From NCBI RefSeq assembly GCF_036588685.1, contig NC_086382.1:56668001-56732000 (forward strand): DNA of 64,000 nt, read 5' to 3'. Shown here piece after piece: positions 1 through 12,659 of the stretch. The DNA is from Mytilus trossulus. Its lineage: Eukaryota. Below the pieces are notes generated by a model. It did not search any database and was not told the DNA's origin. It worked only from the letters and a program-made list of their open reading frames with translations. A program made the translations under genes and the position numbers. Numbering within the stretch: position 1 is the first letter of the stretch; the number at the start of each line of letters is the position of its first letter.

Positions 1-39
1 TCAGACCCAGGTTCGTCTACATAAATGTGTTTACAGATG

Positions 40-830
40 TCAAAGGGACAGTTCAACTCAATAGTTCGAAAATAAACTGACGACGCCATGGCTGAAAAAT
101 AAAAATACAAACACACAAACAACAGCACACATGACAACATAAAAAAACTGAAGACTAATCAAGACGTACCCCACCAAAAACTGAGGGTAATCTCGGGTGA
201 TCCAAAAGATTAAGCAGATCCTACTCTACTTTTGACACCCGTTGTGTTGCTCATGTTATTACAAACCAGGTAAAAAGTTTTATCCGGTAGGTCACATTTG
301 TAGTGAAAAGGAAAGTGGATTGTAGGTACAACATAAGGAACATATCCGATACCATCTGTAAAACGGTTATTCCATAACGATCAACCAATTCATGATGGCT
401 TCCGTAAAACTTACAAAGGAATGATTTCAACTTCACCATTCGGAACTCTTGGTTTAATTGATTCCTTATGAACACAAACCATCTATCAAGGAAATCATGA
501 TAGGAAAACACAAGCCCGGGGAAATAAGTTTATTAGGATATACAAACTTCGAATGCAGGCGCTGATGAAATGGTGCTTCATAGAAATCGACAGTTCACAA
601 TTGGGAAGCGGAACTCATCTGTTTTGTCGATAAGTTTTATTTTCTAACCCAACCTCATTGTCAATTTCTAGATATAAGTCAAGATATGAGACAGACTTGA
701 CTGTATCTGTTGTATCCATTATTTCTAGTTCGATGGGATAGATGCGTTCAACATAGTCACCAAAATTTTAATTATTTAGTGAGAGAACATCATATTTATA
801 GCGGAAAGTAAAGTTAAAGAATATTGCTAA
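40..830 (-). mobile_element. Penelope-like retroelement 3' fragment (RT C-terminus plus 3' UTR), degenerate
   Basis: Minus-strand translation SYHDFLDR...NQEFRMVKLKS..CKFYG.HHELVDRYG. Same family as 41428-41781 and 57155-57718. Family call from recalled RT-thumb motifs. Confidence 0.7.
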
Positions 831-1894
831 ATTCTTTCGTTTGGATTTAAGTCTTGTGTAATTATTATACATCAAAACATGGCTTTGAGGATGGATACTT
901 CTCTAGTGTAATGTAAGCATGATTTTATTTAAACATGCCGAACCACGAAGTTTCGATGAAAGCCTGGTGTAATTCAAAACGCCAAAATTAATCTGGAAAC
1001 TATTCTATTGTAAAATAAGCAGTTCAAAAACGATCTGATGTATGGTTGTTTTTAACTAGTATTTGTTTTCAAAAACAGTAGTAGAAAAGCCAAATCATAG
1101 GACGCAGGAGACAAGGACTAGTGTATAGATCATACTTTTTAGTAATTCAAACATGAATTAACCCACACTAGCGCATGGATGCTATTCAGATTTAATTGAA
1201 CTATGGCGGTAACATGGGTTAAAATATAGATGATCCTGAGGTAAATCTAAATTGCAGACTGTATATACATTTAATAAATGCATTCTTCCAAGATACACGG
1301 GTAAAAAATATGCACGTCTGACGCAAATTTCGTATACAAAAGACGTTTTTGTTTAAATAATGCTCTAAATACAAAAGTTATTTGACAATTATAAATTGAC
1401 AATAGAAGAAGAAGAAAAAATATTTATTATTCCAATTAAGGGCCCTTGATGGGCAGCATAACATGTTTACACAAAACAATACATCATGATTTGCAACAGA
1501 AAAACATTTTTTTATAAACCAGAATGAAACATTAAAAAAGTTCAGACAGATGTTAGTATCTTCATTCTATAAAAATGATATACATTTAATTCCAGGCAGG
1601 ATCATTTCCATAAAATCATAACAATTATCATTGTTATTACATATATTAATTTGTTATGAATACATTGTCCTGTTTTACAAAACAGTTTCATATCCTGGTA
1701 TCTTTATTGAGTTTTTATATGTCCATGTTGGGATTGAATCAACTTTTAAAAAGTCTTCTGAGATAGCAAGGTTATCTTGCAATAAGAGTAATCTTATGTC
1801 GATCATTTATTATGACTACATTGTCCTGTTTTACAAAACAAAAACAACAAAAAAGTGTTCTTTGAAATTCATGCTTTTTTTAAATTTTTTTTTG

Positions 1895-2205
1895 TAATTG
1901 CGCCAGACACGCGTATCACCTACAAGAGACAAATCAGTGACGCTCGAATAAAAAAAAGTTAAAATGCCAAATAAATAACGACGATGAAGAGCAATGAGGA
2001 CAAAAAATTCCCAAAAGATTTGTCTATTATAGCTGAGGTAATATCTTCCTGAGGTAGAAAATTCTTAGTATTCCATGGTGGAAATGTAAAATATTGTAAA
2101 CAGTTAATTTATAATTATGCCCATATCAATGATAATTTATGTCGACACAGATGTGCTGACTACTGGGCTGGTAATACTCTAGGGGAATAAAAACTCCACC
2201 AGTTA
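1895..2205 (-). mobile_element. Degenerate retrozyme-like element
   Basis: gcgccagacacgcgtatc...atcagtgacgctcg...gaagagcaatgagga...gtgctgactactgggctggt, homologous to 58014-58230 and 18720-18790. Confidence 0.65.
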
Positions 2206-3325
2206 TGTTTTTTATTAAGATAGTATACGAATTTTACCTGGTACCTTAATTTCAAAATTCATCGGAATAAGTTTAAAATATATATATGCTCGGACAGTTT
2301 AACGTTGCTTTTCTTCTACAAAAGTTTCATCTGACTATCCTTTCGGGTAAAACTGTGCCGACAGCACTTGCCAAATTATTGTTCCTACCAGATAACCTTG
2401 AAAAACATACCCTGTTCTACACAAACATTGAAAAACATATTATACCCTGTTCTTGACACGCTCAGAAAATGTATACCCTGTTCTAGACCGTATAAAATAA
2501 ATGCTGTTCTAGACACGGGTTCTAGACTGTGTCTTAAATTTTAACAATTAAATAAGCGATCTAGTATTAGACAAATACTTTGTTTTAAAAAACCTGTTTT
2601 CACCAGCAGGACATGATCGAAAAAGCGACCCTGTTCTAACTGTTGAAGCAGGTCATGAAAAAGGGACCCTGTTATACCTATCATGCAGGGCATGAAAAGG
2701 AACCATGTTTTGCGGAACACTCATACCACCCTCTTTTTTTCCACCTCCCTGTGACTAGAGGGTAAAAAAAATCAGAAATTTTACTTTTGTAAAATAGTAA
2801 TTTGTTTCGCAAATCATGTTTAAAAGGCATTTGTCTTATTTCAAATTTATGTTCACAAATTTGACTTAAAACTCAGATATATCTTCTATATTTAAATTAC
2901 AAAAAGTATTCATTAGTTGCGTACCACGACTGTTAACGACTTCTCCTTATTTTTATTGAAACTTCTAAATAATTTACTTCTCAATCTATTTTAAGTAACG
3001 TGTATTTGATCTATAAATAAATATCATAACACGTAAACACGATTGATAATAACTGATCGAATACATGAAGGTGATTTTAGTTTTTTGAGTTGTTATCTAA
3101 TTTCCTTATACTTCATACTAATATTGAAGGAAAATACCCATGGCGAAAGTTAAAGCACCGATTTGTCGTCGTGTATTATACATATTGAGCAATGCCAGCG
3201 TGGATGCCGTTACATGTTTGGAATGACGGACATATCTAAAAATAGAACATGAAATTGTATAAAAAGAATACAAACATTTAACTAAATCATTTATGATATT
3301 GTATGTATGCAAAGAAATCTTCAAA

Positions 3326-6300
3326 ATGTTTTTGTTTGACTGGTTTATAACTGTATTGCAGTATTTCGGTAGGTTTATTTTAATTTCTATGTTTTCATAT
3401 CTTTATATCATAAGTTATTTATTTAATATAATATCCTATTTGGTCTTTATTGATAAAAACTTTTGAACACACATTTATAAGCTAATTTTTCAATATAGAA
3501 TAAAATAATTTATTTAGCGTACGGGTGAAATTTTTTGTATGCATTTTGAAAAATGAATATGCATATAAAGCAAAAAATCATAAGACAAATTGTTTAAAAT
3601 AGTTATACATATAAATATACGTTGAGAGATTCACTGTTTAAATAGAATGGCACACAGTTCAAAGGAACTAGTTTTTGTTGTATATTATATGGAAGCGCAT
3701 GTTAACACTTCAATCATTAATTTGGCGTTCGTAAATGGATTGCACATTGTATAGTTAACATACTGAAAAATTAAATGGAAAAGGAAAAGGGGGGGGGGGG
3801 GGGGGGGGGCAGGTACTCAATAAATATTTAGAAACTGTTGAGTAAACGTTCAAATAGTTATTGTGTATAGAAAAGCATCGGTTAGTTTTGTTTTACATTA
3901 AAATTATTGTGTGGATTTTGAATGGGATTAATAATTAACTAACGAAAATACCAGATTCATACAGGCTATTTCAAAATGTGATCAATATAATACCTAAGAA
4001 CGTCAAAAACATGTCTGAATTGACAGTGTTTTCAACGAATTATATAACTTTGATTGATAGAATATATACATCGACACATGTGTTAACGCAAAGAATGAAA
4101 ACAAAATATTTGAATGTAGCTCTCGTAAAAAAGCGCTATTTATTAGGAACGCGACTTAATAACAAAAGCGAGGATGTTTAAATACTTGAGGAGTAATAAG
4201 ATAGAAAAGAACTTAAAAAGATTAGCCAACACCAATTATAGGTCAACATTGTCGCAAAATATTAGAATTAAATTTACCAAGTAGAGAGTACACATTGACA
4301 TAGACATTCTAAAGCGCTTCTTCGTCAACTGACATGCTTATTATCTGCTCTGTTTTTCAAGTTTTAAAAACTTTATAGCATAGTTGATGCAGAATGAAGT
4401 TGCAAGAGAAAATGATAGAAATATTATACAACCATGTAACAGTAAACGAAAAAAAGCCTTTTACTTGAGTTCAGAAAGTACAATAATAATTAAATTTCCG
4501 ATTGTAGGTTTCATGAACAAGAAATGCAAATTGCTCATCATAGGACTAGATAATGCAGGAAAATCAACCCTTCTATCGAAGATAAAAGATGGGCGTCTTG
4601 TGCAACATCCACCGACAAATCAACCATGTAAGTTTTTATATATACACAGTATTGCATAGGATGATACCGTCATTTTGTTATGTTTTCCTTTTTATCACGC
4701 CAGATATAAAATTTTATATACAACAAGGGTTCAATGTAAAACGATTATACATCATAATTTTGTATTCATTTACTTTTAGTTTGATTCTTAAGTACTCATG
4801 TATTACTTGTTGAGTCTAAGGACGATTCAGGGCGGATACTTTTGTAACTTGGGTTACTTCTATGTTTGGGATTTTTTTTTTTTTACAAAAACTGGTTTAA
4901 TTGACGTCTTTTGTTGTACTGTTATACCACTGTCCCAGGTTAGGGGAGGGTTGGGATCCCGCTAACATGTTTAACCCCGCCACATTATTTATGTATGTGC
5001 CTGTCCCAAGTCAGGAGCCTATAATTCAGTGGTTGTCGTTTGTTTATGTGTTACATATTTGTTTTTCGTTCATTTTTTTTTACATAAATAAGGCTGTTAG
5101 TTTTCTCGCTTGAATTGTTTTACTTTGTCTTATCGGGGCCTTTTACAGCTGACTATATGCGGTATGGGCTTTGCTCATTGTTGAAGGCCGTACGGTGACC
5201 TATAATTGTTAATGTTTGTGTCATTTTGGTCTTTTGTGGATAGTTGTCTCATTGGCAATCATACCACATCTTCTTTTTTGTATACTTTATATTTCCTTTT
5301 TTACACACAAACAAACGGTTGTGAAGATATACAAAGTCCAGTGAGCAACACCAATACCACAAAGGACGCGATAAAACATTCAGATTTTAATTTGAATGTT
5401 CAAAACATATAAGATTGATATATACCAACAATCAAAAACTAATTACAGGCTTTTGACTTAGAACATTCAAAAACAGAATGAAGCACTGCTTTGTTCAGAC
5501 CATCTATATCTCCTTGCATTGACAACATAAGTAAACTAATATGTTATTCAATTTATTTATAAACCAGGGTCAGAGGAGCTTACGGTGGGTAAAGTGACTT
5601 TCCAAGCATACGATCTAGGAGGACATGCATCAGGTAATTATAACACAGTAAAACCAAAAGCATTATCAAATTAAACCATTGCAAAACAGACCTTTATCCA
5701 CAGGCATCAGGAACACGAATTGGTGTTATGTATTTAAGGGTTGAAGGTTTAAGGAAGAAGAAAAAACGATAGAGCGAAACCAGCAGAGTTGCTAAAATGA
5801 ATGTTCAAATTTTAGATACATAAATGAATCAGATGTCAAATAAAACAGCATGTTTAATAAAAAGCGTTTTCTGTTCCTATCGCTATACTGGGCGATTATA
5901 CTTATTTGTGAATGTTCAACATTGAGTTGTTGCTAATACTATTCTTATATAGTTGTGGTATTTATTCAAACAGCACGACGAGTTTGGAGGACATATTTCC
6001 CAGCAGTTGATGGTATAGTGTTTATCGTTGACGGTTGTGACATTGAAAGACTTCCTGAGGCTAGAGCAGAAATAACTGTAAGTCATTTAATGCTGAAACA
6101 CACACACAACAAAAAAAAAACACCAAACAAATCAGTGAAATTAATAACATTAGCACATACAATCCTGTGTTAACATAGATCTAAAATGATTACAATAATA
6201 AGCAATCTAACATTTTAAACCTGATCTGACCTTTTTCTGAAATCTATCAAAAATAATATGTATCTTTTCCCATAGCACAAAGGGTCCTACGAAACTGTTG

Positions 6301-7614
6301 TTACAGAAGAGGCAAGTAGACATAACGCAGGGAGTCGGGAACCTGTTGTTCAGTGGTTGTCGTTTGCTGATGTAAATGATAAGTGTTTCACGTTTCTCGT
6401 TTTTCATATAGATAAGATTGATGGTTTTTCTGTTTAAATTGTTTTACACTGGTCTTTTTTGGACCCCTTATAGCTTGCTGTTCGATGTGAGCAGAGGCTC
6501 CGTGTTGGAGGTCGTACTTTTAAATATAATCGTTTACTTTATACACGTTATGACTTGAATGGAGACCTGTCTCTTGGCTCTTATACTAAATCTTCTTATT
6601 ATTTTATAAAACTCTGTTTGCCGATGCGCCAAAAACTCGTACATTAAAAGAAGAGAGAAAAAACCGGAGGAAATTGCATGATTTCCAGTCGATGCAAGAC
6701 CGAACCAACAGATAGATTTAGTTAGTAGTTATGGATATTCATTATAAATAATGAGTGTATGAACATCGGAAATACATTTAAATGTCTAATGATATTTTAT
6801 CAGCGTTTGAATCCGCATAAACAGGAATGATTAAACGAGAACATTTACAAATAATGTAGAAAAATAGTTTTAAATTATTATAATCAGATTAACTTTTTAT
6901 TCAGGGTATTCTAACAGATGAAATGGTATCCGATGTACCGATTCTTATACTTGGTAACAAAATAGACAAACGTGGTTGCTATGGTAAAGAACAACTTATC
7001 CAAGAGCTTGGAATAAATATGTACTTATCGGAACACGTAAGTTTGAGTTTGATGTTACAGTAAGGATGATAAAACAGACAGAAAACAATAGGTGTCTTTA
7101 CGTTTTGTGTGCACTCTCATTGACCTACCTTTGATTTCTTATTAATGTTCGTGGGGTGCCAATTTTCGTGGATTTGGTGGATGGGCAGGAAAAGCAATGC
7201 ATTAAAAAGACTCATCATAGAAATTAGGATTAAAACTTTATATTTGCGCCAGACATGCGTTTCGTCTACAAATGACTCATCAGTGACGCTCGATTAAAAA
7301 CAAGTTTAAAAGGTCAAATAAAGTACAAAGTTGAAGAGCAATGAGGACCAAAAATTAAGTTAAGCCAAATATAGTTTACTTAAATACTCAACTACAGCAT
7401 ACATTTTCTTAAACTTTTCTTTGTCTCATTTAAGTTCTGTCTAGTAAAACAAATAAATTCACAAATTCTCCATTCATAGGTAAATACAGAAGATAAATCC
7501 AGCACCACCAGACCATGTACCTTAATAATGAGTAGTGTTGTACAACACATTGGATATGGTGACGGCTTTAGATGGATGGCCAAACATATACAAGAAAATG
7601 ATCGAACTAACTGA
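3326..7614 (+). CDS. SAR1: SAR1-family small GTPase (divergent paralog), 6 coding exons, 199 aa
   Basis: Exons 3326-3368, 4508-4627, 5568-5633, 5974-6077, 6905-7036, 7480-7614 (600 nt), all GT-AG and phase-compatible. Product [37 protein letters not shown]...SEEL...[28 protein letters not shown]...ILILGNKID...[13 protein letters not shown]. It has the G1, DLGGH (G3) and NKID (G4) motifs and the SAR1-type N-terminal amphipathic helix. Confidence 0.93.
4890..5280 (+). repeat. Abundant interspersed repeat (SINE-like or non-autonomous retroelement) in SAR1 intron 2
   Basis: Related copies at about 6320-6600, 15740-15970, 28170-28545, 36440-36858, 60430-60505 and inverted at 56580-56870. They share the end gttgtctcattggc..tcataccacatctt. 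Confidence 0.7.
7245..7291 (-). ncRNA. Minimal hammerhead ribozyme copy in SAR1 intron 5, antisense to SAR1 (element about 7210-7375)
   Basis: gagcguca CUGAUGA gucauuuguagac GAAA cgcaug UC uggcgca. Confidence 0.7.
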
Positions 7615-7615
7615 A

Positions 7616-7694
7616 CAGACCATGTACCTTAGTAATGAGTAGTGTTGTTCAACATATTGAATAAGGTGATGGCTTAATGGCCAAAGATATACAA
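7616..7694 (+). pseudogene. Degenerate tandem copy of SAR1 last exon directly after the stop codon
   Basis: cagaccatgtaccttagtaatgagtagtgttgttcaacatattgaaTAAggtgatggc matches 7509-7594, with an in-frame TAA at 7662-7664 and a deletion. Confidence 0.85.
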
Positions 7695-9176
7695 CCATCT
7701 TACTAAATTACAGAACACAGATATTACATACTGTTTCAGAAAACTATTTGTTCAGAATCCATGATCATAAAAATGTATATTTTATCACTATTTATCATCC
7801 TCATTTTGTATATATATTTATTGTTGATTCATGAAATCGTATTATTTATTTTTTAAATTTTTACATAATTGTATTCATTTTTATCTGTTTTGTTGGTTAT
7901 GAAAAAATAAATATGGTAAATATATTTTGTCTTAATATTATTTCAATCTAGTTGTTACGTGTAACGTTTAGAGAAGTTACACACAAATGTTAAGAACGGA
8001 ATATGAATCAATTTAATGTTGGTATTCTAAATATTCCCAAGATGTCTCCATTAATGACCTGATGCCATTTATGCAGATGAAACAACTCTCCACAAGAGAC
8101 CAAATGACACAGAAATTAACAACTATGTGTCACCGTATGGCCTTATGTCGCAATTTTACCTGACCATATCGGGAAATAGGTATTTAGTCGGATCTTAACA
8201 CGTACTTGTGATTTGTTTAAAACCGGTTTTCGATAAAAATATACGAAGATATGTCAAAATGTTTAGGACTTAATTAAATCCGTATTACGGTAAGATTGTG
8301 CAAGCATACGATTTTTATTGCGTCTTACACTTTAAGAAGCGAATAATCTGTAACTACTTTATTCAAATATTCTGTAAAAACGTTAATTTTGAGCTATGAA
8401 AGTCAAGTGGCTCGATAATTTTTCTGAAGAAGTTTTAAAAAAGTGCAAAGAAATATTTTTACAGTGGGTTAGCTTTCATTAGTCTTCACTATCTATAGAT
8501 TAACAACTTTTGGTTATATTTATAATTCAGAATCATCAATGAAGGTGGAGCACGATTGCACAGTTAATTAATTATTTGGATGTGCCATTTGTATGAAAGA
8601 GTGACATTCCGTGGTATTATGTGCCAATGCGAAAAAGTTATATGAGTGTTGTCTCTCCTTAACAGGTTCATTTTTTTATAATTATGTTTAGGTTTCTGAT
8701 ATAATTTTGAATAATTACAAAATGAATCAATGCACTATATTTCAGATTTGTTATTGATGTATCAAAACAATTGATGTACGAATATAATTTCATAAATTTG
8801 AAACGTTTAAAATTTTTACATACCAATATAAAGAATATCATTTTTGAAATAGACTATGAATGAACAATGCATTAATTATCTTCCCTTCATGATAGATTGA
8901 TTGGGAAATGAGCCAGAGTTATCTATTTGTGATCACAGCGAGGGTCTGGCAAGCAAATTTTAATTGTAGCTAATTCATTGTTTAAAATTTTTTTCCACTA
9001 AAAATGAATGTTACTATATACAAATATAAGGACTTTGTTGAATATGAATTTTTATTGCAATAGACTAATATGCTACCTTATGTCGTTACTTCAATCCCGT
9101 TCCCTTGTCACGAATGTGACCTACTGAGTTAAAGTACTCGACACGCAATCGGACATTCATAGTTATAATTCTAGTA

Positions 9177-9475
9177 TTTTTATGCCCCACCTACGATAGT
9201 AGAGGGGCATTATGTTTTCTGGTCTGTGCGTCCGTTCGTCCGTTCGTTCGTCCGTTCGTCCGTCTGTCCCGCCTCAGATTAAAGTTTTTGGTCAAGGTAG
9301 TTTTTGATGAAGTTGAAGTCCAACCGACTTCAAACTTAGTAAACATGTTGGCTATGATATGATCTTTCTAATTTTAATGCCAAACTAGAGATTTGACCCC
9401 AATTTCACGGTCCACTGAACATAGAAAATGATAATGCGAGTTGGGCATTCGTGTACTGAGGACACATTCTTGTTT
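9177..9475 (+). mobile_element. Helentron-associated interspersed element (HINE/DINE-like)
   Basis: T-rich ends, 5' hairpin (atgcccc...ggggcat), (GTCC/GTTC)n microsatellite, subterminal inverted repeat tgggcat and a 3' hairpin. Confidence 0.6.
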
Positions 9476-10182
9476 CATAATTTGTTTTTCACTGTTGGCA
9501 TCTGTTGTCTTACTCCTGTTAATAAGCATTGAGATATAATATTAGTAAAAGGAATCATGTTATAGTGCGTAGATGTGAGTTTTAGAATGCACGATGGAAG
9601 AATAAAAGAGATATTCAATACGACAAGCATATAAATGTTAACAAATGTAAATATAATTAAAAAAGAATTGACAAGTTAGGATATCTATTTACTGTTTTTA
9701 ACTCACCTGATCAGAAAGTTCATGTGACCGTTTCTCATGACTTGTCGTTCGTCGTCTGTAGTCGTCCGTCAAATTTAACAAAGATGGTCTCCTCCGAAAC
9801 TACTGAGCCGAATTTAACAAAATTAAGTCACAATTGTCAGTGGTGTATAGAGTTGAAATACTGTGTCCGATGACCCCGCTTGCCAACAAACATGGCCATT
9901 ATGGCAAAAATAGAGAATATGGGTGAAATATATCGTCTGTCCATTTTCTTGAAAACCGCTACAGATAGAGGAAATCTGACAAATGTTGAAATGTTTTAAA
10001 TGATGAGACCCAATGACTGTTGATATATCATCTGTCAAACGAATTGTTACAAGAGTTACTGCCATTAAACGACAAATTTTACCATTTTAAAAATGTTTGC
10101 CTATTATATCTATAATTATAATAGATAGGCAGTTTTAAAATGCATAAAGAATCAATAAAAGCAAGATGATTTAAAAAGATCT

Positions 10183-11081
10183 GACGTTACGCGCGATGTT
10201 CGTACCTCATTGGAAAATCGGTGTAGTTGACATAATGCAAGTCCAAAATATTTTATTTTGTGATATCATATTCATTGCTATTGTACGCATTTTGATCAAA
10301 AATGTGTTTTTTTAAATAAAAAAGAAAAATATTTGTTCAAACTACGTTTTATGCTGCATGCGACAAGCTTCAGTTTCGAAAAACGGCTATTTTTAGGTTG
10401 TCCCGTGTAACATATTTCATTTATTGTAACCACTAAACTGTGATTTTCTTCTAAACTATTCAATATTTTGAAAAACGTTTTTTTCATTATTTAACAAAGA
10501 GGTTCCTTCATATTTTATGCATTTTTTATGACGTTTTGATGACGTCATAGAAAAAATAAGTGTTCCATACTACAAGGGCAAATCTGTTCCACGGGAGAAA
10601 AAAATTGGTATTCCAGATTTGAGAATCAAATACATTTATCTAAAAGGAAAAAGGTTAGTATTTGTATTTACTACATCAATGTTATTTTGCTTAATTTTAT
10701 GAATTTAAAAACAAATATCCTGAAAAATGTTATATGGTAATTTTTGAGCGATTTTTCAAAGGCTTACAAGGTTGTCGCACCGCCATTTTTTGACGTAAAA
10801 ACGAACTCAACTCAAATTTACACCAATTGTTTGCTTATCACAGCTCTTATAATGGTAGAATTTTATTATTTTTCAAAATGTTGTTTTTCTTAATTTTTCA
10901 AAAATCTAAAGTACACTCAATTTTCGATAAGTAGTTCAAACGCGTTGTCGATTTTGCGGAGTCTTACAAGAATGTCGCACATACTTAAAACTAACGTTTC
11001 AGTCGAAGTTTTGGTTTGAACGTTACGAAATATTCGCGACGTTATGTTACGCTTACATGTACGAACATCGCGCGTAACGTC
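10183..11081. mobile_element. Non-autonomous DNA transposon with perfect 23-bp TIRs and a 3-bp TSD (TCT)
   Basis: gacgttacgcgcgatgttcgtac at 10183-10205 and its reverse complement at 11059-11081, with tct on both flanks. Absent from paralogous block B. Confidence 0.85.
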
Positions 11082-12659
11082 TCTGTAATTCAAATGTTCT
11101 TAATCGTCAGTCGACACCTTTCTAAAGTAATTATCCTTTAATGGCGATTTTCCCCATTTTTTATGTTTTTTTTATCTATAAGTTTGAAAGTTATTATTGT
11201 AAGATCACAACATTAAAAAGCAAACCTAATAAGCAAGACAGCAACAAATAAGTCACAGGCCCGAATTCGTTAGTTATTTTATTATTGAAGTTATTGCTGT
11301 TGATGTATAACTTATCCCCCCTTTTTTAATGTATTTTTGACTTTTATTTTGGAAAATGTAACAGAAAAATAAAACTTGTTAATCGCAAAAATGATCAGCA
11401 AGACTTACTATTAAGCCATGGTTGAAATATTCAGTCGACTCTGAAGGAAGTATTGCTCCTTAATGATAAGTTTTACCACTTGTTGCGTGTTTTCCCTATT
11501 CCCTTGAAAACTATTGTACATAAGTAAAAGCTTTAAAAAGAAAATGACCAGTAGTATAATATCTTTAAATGCGTCAGATGACTGACATTGTCAGTTACCT
11601 TTTATCAGAGTTATGCCGGTATCCCTATGAAGATGGTTTATTTCTAAAAAGTTACCATTCTTTCAGATGTAGTTGAGCGACACTGGCTCTAAAAGCCTCT
11701 GCTTATTCGTTGTGACAACAAAATTGGACAATCTTTATAGATATGGCCTAAATGTAGGTTTGATATTCATGAGTAGGTATAAGTTAAATAATCTTTGTGA
11801 AAAAAAACCCGAATGGATAAATTAAATATTGATACATCAAAAACAAATATAAATTTTCCTGACAATTATGTGAATTTATGTTGCCCAGAGACATACTTTA
11901 CATTGCTACACAGAATGTATCAAAGGTTAGAATCGAACCAGTTATTACATAAAGGTTAGAAATATGCTAGAATGAAAATAAAATGTATATGATTGAAACT
12001 ATCGATGTTTAATTTAGAACATATTTCTTTCTTTGCTTAAATCTAATAAACTTTTTGTCAGTATTATTTTAATTTCTGTTATTTGTAAACAAGTTACAAC
12101 CCCATACAGCTGCCTCTGTGATCCCGTGATAGCTTGCTTGACTCGGGACATCATATCACATCTTCTTTTTGAATATATACATGAGATCACAAACAATATC
12201 CTGCAGCCTTTGATTGAACAACACCACCAAAAACCGATGCAAGACTGATGTGCTGCATACTGGAAAGCAGCTCGTCTTCATGTAGTTGTATTATCACAAT
12301 GTATTTAAGAACAATACATTTATTCTTTATTTTAACAGTATCTGATTCATAAACTGTCTAGTCTAATACGACATCTTTCCCATTAGCTAAATCAGAAATC
12401 GAACTTCAAACCGATATCAAAACCAATGTCAGTACATGAAGAAATAAAAGTAAAATAACTTCTCGACGTATTGTGCATATGTTAAAATTCCCTCCCTATC
12501 ACATTTTTATACTTTGATTTGAGACTGATGCTATCAAATTACATTACAGTTTCAATATTTGTAAAGCAACCATTTTAAGACAAATATCCTAAGACATGAG
12601 GTCTAACACTACCCATTGCTTAGCAAAGGACAATAATGATTCTATATTTTATTAATATT

